Shown: piece after piece, positions 1 to 5,880 of the stretch
How the letters are laid out: every line of letters begins with the position of its first letter
Numbering within the stretch: the stretch's first letter is position 1
NCBI RefSeq assembly: GCF_018420025.1
Contig: NZ_JAEDAM010000074.1
Location: forward strand, 1 to 6,230
Length of the DNA: 6,230 nucleotides
Reading direction: 5' to 3'
DNA from: Candidatus Vampirococcus lugosii
GTDB taxonomy: Bacteria; Patescibacteriota; Gracilibacteria; Absconditabacterales; Absconditicoccaceae
The notes under the pieces: generated by a model
The model's input: only the letters and a program-made list of their open reading frames with translations
Told to the model about the DNA's origin: nothing
The model's database searches: none
Position numbers and translations under genes: made by a program

Positions 1-1
1 T

Positions 2-430
2 AAAATACCAGTGATAGTAAAAGAAAATAATTGGGTTCCAGTTAATAATACAAATAGTGATTGATCTTCATTTATTGTATTATGAGATAATAGTGAGATT
101 GTAAAAAAACAAGATGGAACAATCTTATCAGGTGATAGTTTGGATGATGTATTTGTTGAAGTGAATGAATATAATATGGAACAAGGTATTAGTCGAAAGA
201 CTTCATGTGTAAAGCTAATATCAGAAGAAGTTTGTAAAAATTTGGACCCAGATAATAATACAGTACTATTATATGATGATAACTGGAATAAACAGGGTAC
301 TTTAGAAGACTGTTATGAAGACGAGTTTACTTATGTTTTTGACACTGCATCTTTTAGTTTTCCTATCGATGACGACGATCCTATTTATGGAGATTATACA
401 CAATGACGGTTGGCTTGTATACGAAAATAG
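2..430 (+). CDS. hypothetical protein, 5'-truncated at window edge (C-terminal 142 aa)
   Basis: Frame 2 is open from base 2 to TAG 428-430 once TGA at 62-64, 83-85 and 404-406 is read as Gly. Track ORF 140..406 is only an internal piece (TTG pseudo-start, TGA pseudo-stop). The translation ends ...DTASFSFPIDDDDPIYGDYTQGRLACIRK*. It is acidic, has several Cys, and contains no domain I recognise. There is no in-frame ATG near the 5' end, so it presumably continues upstream of the window. Confidence 0.7.
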
Positions 431-444
431 AAAAAGTTTCTATT
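426..444 (+). terminator. weak AT-only hairpin overlapping the stop codon; possible terminator
   Basis: aatagaaa (426-433) and tttctatt (437-444) form an 8-bp perfect inverted repeat with a 3-nt loop, followed by a T-rich stretch (gtgtttcttaaattttt). All pairs are A:T, so stability is low. Such hairpins arise easily by chance in this composition. Confidence 0.2.
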
Positions 445-478
445 GTGTTTCTTAAATTTTTGGGCGAGTAAAAAATAT

Positions 479-718
479 TTATTTTGTAGTAGTGAGTATT
501 ATTGTGTTTTCTTTTGAAATTATGATTTTATTTGTAAGTTTATATAATTTATCATACATATTTTCTACATAATTAAAAATTTCTTGTTCAAAATTTTTTA
601 AATTTAACAATTCTTTTATATAATTCATTTTATTATATTTTATTAATTTTAAACTATTTAAACTTAATTTTAATACCTCCTTTATACATGTTTTTTTATA
701 AATTTCCACTAATTCCAC
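479..718 (-). CDS. doubtful small hypothetical protein (79 aa, Lys/Asn/Ile/Leu-rich)
   Basis: This is a track ORF with a GTG start at 718-716 and a TAA stop at 481-479, with no in-frame TGA. An alternative GTG at 709-707 lies 5 nt after AGGTGG. About 80 stop-free codons is non-trivial in DNA this AT-rich, and the sense strand is A-rich like the other genes. Against it, the sequence is low-complexity, the start is non-ATG, and nothing is recognisable. Confidence 0.3.
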   Translation of the reverse strand: MELVEIYKKTCIKEVLKLSLNSLKLIKYNKMNYIKELLNLKNFEQEIFNYVENMYDKLYKLTNKIIISKENTIILTTTK

Positions 719-834
719 CTTTTTTATTTATTGTTTTTATTATTTCTTAATTAACTTTTCAAAGTTTTTTTATCTTTATTACTGCATAAGATTAGGTTTT
801 TAATGTTATTATTACATTTTATATATTATTACTA

Positions 835-862
835 TTGAAAAAAAAATAATTATTTTTATAAT
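835..862 (+). promoter_or_regulatory. sigma70-type promoter candidate for the pilin-like gene
   Basis: TTGAAA (835-840), a 16-nt spacer, then a perfect TATAAT (857-862), ending 33 nt before ATG 896. AT-rich DNA yields many -10-like hexamers, so this is suggestive only. Confidence 0.4.
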
Positions 863-895
863 ACATATTGTTTATTTTTTATATAAAAATATATA

Positions 896-1354
896 ATGAT
901 TAAATTTATATTCAAATTTATATTACTTATTCTCTTTCCTTTTTTTTCGTTTTTTTCATTTTCTTATGCTCAAGATGATTGATGATGAGATACATGATGA
1001 TGAGATACATGAGATTGATGATGATGAGATACATGAGATTGATGAGGATGAGAATGTGATTGAATTGAATTAAATACTAATGTACCTTTTATTCGTAAAT
1101 GTCTAGAAAAAGAAAATGCTGATACTGCTTTTCCTAAGCTTATGGGATGATTATCAAAAATTGTAATTACTTTTACATTAGTAATAGCTTTTTTGATGGT
1201 AGTAGCAGGTTGAGTTTTGATTACTATGAGTTGAGCAGATCAATCAAACTTTTCAAAATGAAAAGAATTAATAATTAAAGTTATAGTATGAATAGTACTT
1301 TTGGGATCTTCATGAGTTATATTATATATGATAAATCCAAATTTCTTTTCATAA
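896..1354 (+). CDS. secreted TrbC/VirB2-like pilin (CPR 'type IV secretion system pilin' type) with N-terminal Gly/Asp/Thr repeat
   Basis: ATG 896, TAA 1352-1354, 152 aa, 22 in-frame TGA codons. Translation (TGA=G): MIKFIFKFILLILFPFFSFFSFSYA|QDDGGGDTGGGDTGDGGGGDTGDGGGGECDGIELNTNVPFIRKCLEKENADTAFPKLMGGLSKIVITFTLVIAFLMVVAGGVLITMSGADQSNFSKGKELIIKVIVGIVLLGSSGVILYMINPNFFS. It has a hydrophobic signal peptide with an SYA|Q cleavage-type site and a Cys pair. Two hydrophobic helices follow, joined by a short polar loop (SGADQSNFSKGKE). This matches the architecture and the 'aGGvl..sG......K..i...ivGl' pattern I recall for TrbC/VirB2-type pilins common in CPR genomes. The family call rests on pattern recognition, not a search. 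Confidence 0.75.
980..1057 (+). repeat. in-frame tandem repeat, (TGA)n-rich, encoding GGGDT / GDGGGGDT units
   Basis: tgatgatgagataca occurs at 980-994 and again at 995-1009 (identical 15-mers, each GGGDT). Next comes tgagattgatgatgatgagataca at 1010-1033 (GDGGGGDT). A diverged copy, tgagattgatgaggatgagaatgt, lies at 1034-1057 (GDGGGGEC). All unit lengths are multiples of three. Confidence 0.9.
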
Positions 1355-1382
1355 AAAATTTATAATTTAATAAAAAATCTTA

Positions 1383-1778
1383 ATGGAAATTAAAAAAATA
1401 GAAAATTGATATATTTTGACAAACAATATTTTTTATTCACATAATGAATGATTAGATTGATATATTAACCTTTATCAAAATATTGCTGAAGATTTTGTTT
1501 ATGGTAAATCTGATATAGTTAAAATAAATTATCCTTGAGAATATGATATTTCTGATATATACATAAAATGTATACAATCAAATATAAAACTTAATTATTA
1601 TGTAAAAAATGATCAAAATTCTTTTTGTATAATTCAATCTGAATCCGTTTTGGATAAAGATGAATTTCAAATTGCAGACTATATTTTAATATCAAATGAA
1701 ATAGAATCTTCTATAAAATTAAAAATGGAAAAAAATGAAATAAAATCTAAACTAATATTATTGGAAAATATAGTTTAA
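1383..1778 (+). CDS. hypothetical protein (131 aa), probably co-transcribed with the pilin-like gene
   Basis: ATG 1383, TAA 1776-1778, 4 in-frame TGA codons (the first at 1407-1409). It starts 28 nt after the pilin stop with no hairpin in between. Translation: MEIKKIENGYILTNNIFYSHNEGLDGYINLYQNIAEDFVYGKSDIVKINYPGEYDISDIYIKCIQSNIKLNYYVKNDQNSFCIIQSESVLDKDEFQIADYILISNEIESSIKLKMEKNEIKSKLILLENIV. There is no signal peptide or TM segment. The stretch PGEYDI...NYYV...(L)DKDEF..ADYILIS is faintly reminiscent of the central part of small MBL-fold (Lactamase_B_2/UPF0173-like) proteins, but the metal-binding His residues are absent. I do not assign a function. Confidence 0.65.
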
Positions 1779-1795
1779 ATATAAATTATCATAAC

Positions 1796-2326
1796 TCAAT
1801 CATTTTTGTCTATTTGAAAAATCTTATAATTTAGTTGATTTTTTTTAATAAATTCATATAATGTAGTCATCTTATCATTAAATTTAATTACATCATCTAG
1901 TAAAATTATTGAATTTTTATTAACAATTTTTAATACTAATTTCAAATACTTGTAGTAATCTGCTTTTTTTGCATCTATAAATACAAAATCTATTTCTCTT
2001 ATAACTTTTTTAAATGGAAATTTTAAAAAATCAAAGTTATATAGAACAATATTTTTTAGTTTTGATTTGTTTATATTGTCCAATGTCTGTTTATATGTAT
2101 TTTTAGATATTTCAAATCAATATATATTTCAATTTCGATTTTGTATAATAGATGCTTGAAGTATGATACTATATCAAATTGATGTTCATATTTCCAAACA
2201 ATTTTTGGGTTTATATGTGTTTAATAAGTTTACTATAAATTTTTCAGTATTATTACTAATGATCGGTATATTAAGTTTATTTGATAGATGTTTAATATTA
2301 TTTAAACAAGTTTTTTGGTAATTCAT
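1796..2326 (-). CDS. class I SAM-dependent O-methyltransferase, family 3 (caffeoyl-CoA OMT / YrrM-like)
   Basis: ATG at 2326-2324 (complement), TAA at 1798-1796, 176 aa. Track ORF 1796..2083 is only the C-terminal part. Four in-frame TGA codons (complement of 2117-2119, 2129-2131, 2174-2176, 2186-2188) extend it. Translation: MNYQKTCLNNIKHLSNKLNIPIISNNTEKFIVNLLNTYKPKNCLEIGTSIGYSIILQASIIQNRNGNIYGFEISKNTYKQTLDNINKSKLKNIVLYNFDFLKFPFKKVIREIDFVFIDAKKADYYKYLKLVLKIVNKNSIILLDDVIKFNDKMTTLYEFIKKNQLNYKIFQIDKND. It carries the SAM-binding motif I, LEIGTSIGYS, in which both Gly residues are TGA. It also carries the family signature FDFVFIDAdK..Y..Y......L...gii..DdV. Confidence 0.8.
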
Positions 2327-2358
2327 AATTTTAAAATTTAATTAATAAAATAAATATA
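2327..2358. promoter_or_regulatory. 32-bp, 100% A+T divergent intergenic spacer between the O-methyltransferase and RNase J start codons
   Basis: The sequence is aattttaaaatttaattaataaaataaatata. It contains the perfect palindromes AATTTTAAAATT (2327-2338) and TTAATTAA (2338-2345). TAAAAT (2346-2351) ends 7 nt before ATG 2359. No Shine-Dalgarno-like purine run is present on either side. Confidence 0.4.
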
Positions 2359-4224
2359 ATGTGAGAAATTTCACCAAATAGTAATGTAAATATAAATTTG
2401 AAGAAAAATATAAATGTAGAAAAAAAGAATAATATAAAAGTATCTACAAAAGTCAAGAAAAAAGAGTTCCCAGTAAGAATTTGAAGTTTATTATGATTAG
2501 AACAAGTTGGTCAATGTATATTTATTGAGTATAAAGATGATATAATAATTGTAGATGCAGGTATGGAATTTGCAGCAGATGAAATTTTGTGAGCAGATTA
2601 TTTAATTCCCGATATTACTTATTTGAAAAAGAATAAAAATAAAATTAAATGAGTAGTATTAACTCATTGACATCTTGATCATATATGAGCTTTGAGACAT
2701 ATATTACCAGAATTGGATTATCCTACTGTTTATACTACTCCATTGACTTTAGGAATAGTTAAGAAAACATTTAATAATGCAAGTGATGCAAATAAAGTAA
2801 AAAGTAAAATAGTAAATCCAGATAGTGATATAATCAAACTTTGATGTTTTAGTATAGAATTTGTTCCTGTAAATCATAATATTCCAGAAACTTTGGCATT
2901 AGCAATTCATACTCCAAAAGGTTTAATATTTAATTCTGCTGATTTCAAAATAGATTATACTCCAGCTATAGATAAACCAGCTGATTTATGAAAAATAGCT
3001 AGAATATGATTAGAATGAGTAAGATTATATATATGAGATTCTTTATGATCTGAAAGAAAATGATGGGCTATATCTGAAAAAGTTATTTGAGAAAATTTGG
3101 AAAATATAATAAAAAATGCTAGATCTAGAATAATACTTGCTACTTTTGCTTCAAATATCGGTAGGATAATACAAATAATTCAAAATGCTATAAAATATGA
3201 TAAAGTTATTTTTCTAGAATGAAGATCTATGATAAATAATGTAGAAATTTGTCAAAAACTTTGATATCTTGATGTTCCGAGATGATGTATTCGTAAATTA
3301 AGTGCTGATGTTGATAATATGCCACCTGATAGGGTTGTTATTCTTTCTACTTGAGCACAATGAGAAGAATTTAGTGGTTTGGCTAGGATATCAAGATGAG
3401 ATCATACAAGTTTTAAATTAAGAAGAGATGATACTGTTCTTATGTCTGCATCTACTATTCCTGGTAATGAACAGAGTGTATGAAAAATGCTTAATCATTT
3501 GGTAGTACAAGATATTAATTTAATTACAAATTCTGAACTTGATATTCATGCTTCTTGACATGGTTATCAAGAAGATCATAAACTTATGTTGAACTTGATA
3601 AAACCTGATTATTTTATGCCTTTTTATACAGATGCAAGACTTAGATATAATCATAAAAAAATTGCATTAGATATGGGTATGCAAGAAAAAAATATTTTGA
3701 TGCCTGCATTAAACTGAAGTGTTATAGAAATGTATGATGATGAAATTCTTATTTCAAAAGAAAAAATAGAGCTTGATACTGTTATGGTTGATGGTAAAGG
3801 AATATGACATCTTTCTGGTGAATATGTTATGAAAGCAAGAAAAATTATGTCAGAAAATTGAATTTTTGCTTTAATATTCAAAATTGATTCTATCAATAAA
3901 GAATTAGTTGGGAATATTCAAATAGAATCTAGAGGATTTGTTTATTCTTCAGAAGTTAAAAAAATTCATACTAATGTAGTAGAATTCGCCAAAAAAAGAT
4001 ATTATGAACTTTTGAAAAGAAAAATGTCTACTAAAGAAATATTAAAAAGTATAAAAGATGATTTATGAACATATTTATTCAAAATATTGTGAAGAAGTCC
4101 TATGATTATGCCAATGTTTGTTTATATAAATAGAGATGTTTCTTGAAATTATGATGATGATATAGATGCAGAAGATTCTTTAGTATGAATGACTCTAGAA
4201 GAACAAGGTTGAGATTACAAATAA
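2359..4224 (+). CDS. rnj: ribonuclease J (metallo-beta-lactamase / beta-CASP RNase), 621 aa
   Basis: ATG 2359, preceded by in-frame stops at 2326 and 2332. TAA 4222-4224. The reading frame is continuous with about 31 in-frame TGA codons and no TAA/TAG. Diagnostic segments (TGA=G) are: VRIGSLLGLEQVGQCIFIEYKDDIIIVDAGMEF; KGVVLTHGHLDHIGALRH (HxHxDH, 2662-2688); FVPVNHNIPETLALAIHTPKG; NSADFKIDYTP; YIGDSLGSERKG; VILSTGAQGEEFSGLARIS; DIHASGHGYQEDHKLMLNLIKPDYFMP; VDGKGIGHLSGEYVMKARKIMSENGIF; and IQIESRGFVY plus a C-terminal domain. Domain order and motifs match RNase J. The track does not show this gene at all, because TGA interrupts it every ~20 codons. Confidence 0.93.
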
Positions 4225-4250
4225 TTAAATTTAAGTTTATTTAATAAATA

Positions 4251-4286
4251 AAAAATCTACTTCAAATAAATAAGTAGATTTTTTTT
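4251..4286 (+). terminator. Rho-independent terminator of the RNase J gene (possibly bidirectional)
   Basis: aaaaatctactt (4251-4262) pairs perfectly with aagtagattttt (4272-4283) around the 9-nt loop caaataaat. The core stem is atctactt/aagtagat, followed by a run of T ending at 4286. It begins 27 nt after the stop codon. An A-run upstream mirrors the T-run. Confidence 0.8.
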
Positions 4287-4324
4287 GTTATGTGTTAAAC
4301 TCATCTTTGTAGAACAAAATTTAT

Positions 4325-4349
4325 AAATCCTTGATTTAGACAAGGATTT
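4325..4349. repeat. 9-bp perfect hairpin/inverted repeat in the non-coding region
   Basis: aaatccttg (4325-4333), loop atttaga (4334-4340), caaggattt (4341-4349). No U-tract follows on the + strand. Function is unknown. Confidence 0.6.
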
Positions 4350-4367
4350 GCTAGAAAATAAAAATAG

Positions 4368-4386
4368 ATTTATGTACTACATAAAT
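4368..4386. repeat. 19-nt palindrome atttatgta-c-tacataaat
   Basis: This is a perfect 9+1+9 inverted repeat read directly from the sequence. It lies 19 nt after the 4325-4349 hairpin. It could be an operator-like site or a chance AT palindrome. Confidence 0.5.
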
Positions 4387-4573
4387 TTTGTAATTTTATT
4401 TTAAAATAATTTATTTTCTATTTCTTTTTGATTTTCTTCAAGATAATGAATATATTTATTTAAATAAATACATAAACAATAAAAAACTATAATTTCTATT
4501 TACTACTACAGAATAAAACATTTTTTATTTACAAAATATTTTAGATTGTCTAAGATTGTTTTATAAAAAATAG

Positions 4574-4602
4574 TTGAAAAAAATATAAGTTTATATATAA
4601 AT
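4574..4602 (+). promoter_or_regulatory. sigma70-type promoter candidate for the membrane transporter gene
   Basis: TTGAAA (4574-4579), a 16-17 nt spacer, then TATAAA/ATAAAT (4596-4602), about 40 nt before ATG 4643. It is preceded by the direct repeat AGATTGT at 4543-4549 and 4553-4559 (10-bp register). Specificity is low in this composition. Confidence 0.3.
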
Positions 4603-4642
4603 TTTTTAAATTTAATTTTTTAATATATAAAATATTCCAAAA

Positions 4643-5812
4643 ATGTTGAACAAATTTAAAACAGATTATTCTCCTTTATATTTTTTAGCTTCTTTATGAG
4701 CTTGAGGTTTATCAGTAAGTTTTTTTATGTATCTTATGTTTTTGACAAAACATGAAAATACTCCTATACCAACTTTTGATAGTATTATGAGTGTTTTGCA
4801 AAGTTCAAATTTATTTATGCTTTTAATGATTGTTTTAGTTTATTTATTAATAACTATATTTGCTATAATTCATATCAAACTTTTGATAACGAATATCAAG
4901 AATTATATTTATTTTAAACAAACTCAATCTTTTTCAAAATTAAAAAATTCAAATGATGAAGTTATACTTATGAGTATTCCTCTTACCTTGACTATGACTA
5001 TGAATGTTTTATTTGTTGTTTCTACATTATCTATTCCTAATTTATGGTCTTTTATAGAATATATATTTCCTTTTGCTATATTTTGATTCTTAATTATATG
5101 ATTCTATGCTTTAAAAATTTTTTGAGATTATTTTACAAGATTAATAGTAAATTGAGATTTTGATTTTACCAAAAATAATTCACTTTCTCAGATGATATCT
5201 ATATTTGCTTTTTCTATGATTTGAGTTTGATTAGCTTGACCAGCTGGTATGTCAAATAATTTATTTACATCTTGATTTGCTATGTTTTTTTCTATACTTT
5301 TTATAGTTATTTCTATGTTATTAACTATAGTAAAACTTACTATTTGAATAGAATCTATATTTAAAAAATGATTAAATATTCAAGCTTCGCCTTCTTTATG
5401 GATTATGATTCCTATTCTTACTCTTTGGTGAATAACTTTTATTAGACAAGAACATTGAATATCTACAAATTTTAATTTTCATACTCCAGAAGTTGTTTTA
5501 TTTTATATAAGTTCTGTAATTATATCATTACAAATTATATTTTGATTATTGTGATATAAAGTTATGAAAATTAATAAATATTTTAAAACATTTATTTCTT
5601 GATCTGAAAAATCTCCTGCTTCTTATGCACTTATATGTCCATGAGTTGCATTTGTTGTATTTGGTTTTTTCTTCTTACATAAAGGTTTAGTTTTGAATTG
5701 AATAATAGAGCAATTTAGTGTGATTTATTTTGTAATATTATTTTTATTGTTTATATTGCAAATTAAAACAATAATTGTTATGTTTAAATTAAATAAAAAA
5801 ATGATAGGTTAA
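4643..5812 (+). CDS. polytopic membrane protein, TehA/SLAC1-like (tellurite-resistance/dicarboxylate transporter, TDT family) candidate, 389 aa
   Basis: ATG 4643, with an in-frame TAA at 4628-4630 just upstream. TAA 5810-5812. There are 19 in-frame TGA codons, and track ORF 4727..5086 is an internal fragment. The protein starts MLNKFKTDYSPLYFLASLGAGGLSVSFFMYLMF and shows about ten hydrophobic segments. Segments resembling TehA-type landmarks from memory: N-terminal Y-F-x-x-x-(L/M)-G-x-G-G-L; ...DEVILMSIPLTLTMTMNV (cf. 'sp.rfsf.alip.ttm'); ...ASPSLWIMIPILTLWG; and SPASYALICPGVAFVV near the C-terminus (cf. 'lWaFsFPlga'). The membrane-protein call is solid. The family call is tentative. Confidence 0.85.
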
Positions 5813-5818
5813 ACCTTA

Positions 5819-5880
5819 AGTAGATTCTATATTATTTTTTTGATAAACTCCATTTATCGAAATCAAAAATATAATCTACT
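5819..5880. repeat. long imperfect AT-rich inverted repeat in the convergent intergenic spacer
   Basis: The outer arms agtagatt (5819-5826) and aatctact (5873-5880) pair perfectly. Further pairing is atatt (5829-5833) with aatat (5868-5872), and ttgat (5840-5844) with atcaa (5862-5866), with bulges, around a ~17-nt loop. It lies 7 nt after the transporter stop. No clean U-tract follows on either strand, so this is not a canonical terminator. Confidence 0.5.

Noticed and set aside
140-406. Track ORF (88 aa) treated as a stand-alone gene.
   Set aside because: Its 'start' is an internal TTG and its 'stop' is a TGA. The same frame is open from base 2 and continues to TAG 428-430, so it is a fragment of the 5'-truncated CDS 2..430.
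980-1063. The repeat tract as a CRISPR-like array, or the GD-rich peptide as an RTX (GGxGxD) calcium-binding repeat.
   Set aside because: The units are contiguous 15- and 24-nt in-frame repeats with no spacers, so this is not CRISPR. The peptide does not fit the nonapeptide GGxGxDxUx register, so I make no RTX claim.
975-1073. Alternative frame across the repeat: ATG 975 gives MIDDEIHDDEIHEIDDDEIHEIDEDENVIELN*, a 32-aa acidic peptide free of TGA codons.
   Set aside because: It has no upstream signal. It would leave the signal peptide (896-970) and the two-helix pilin domain (from 1055 onward) as orphans in another frame. The TGA=Gly frame joins them seamlessly.
3651-3896. Track ORF of 81 aa on the minus strand.
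   Set aside because: It lies entirely antisense to the strongly supported RNase J reading frame. It has a low-complexity Ile/Ser/Phe-rich composition typical of antisense frames and no recognisable features.
4325-4349. The hairpin loop atttaga looks like an anticodon loop (U33, purine 37) with anticodon UUA, which raised the idea of a UAA-suppressor tRNA.
   Set aside because: The stem is 9 bp rather than 5. The flanks do not fold into acceptor, D or T arms, and there is no GTTC/TTCRA T-loop motif. TAA is clearly used as the stop for most genes here.
4727-5086. Track ORF (119 aa) treated as a stand-alone small membrane protein. The same question applies to track ORF 1796..2083.
   Set aside because: Both are internal or terminal pieces of longer table-25 genes (4643..5812 and 1796..2326). 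The flanking TGA-joined sequence carries the family motifs.
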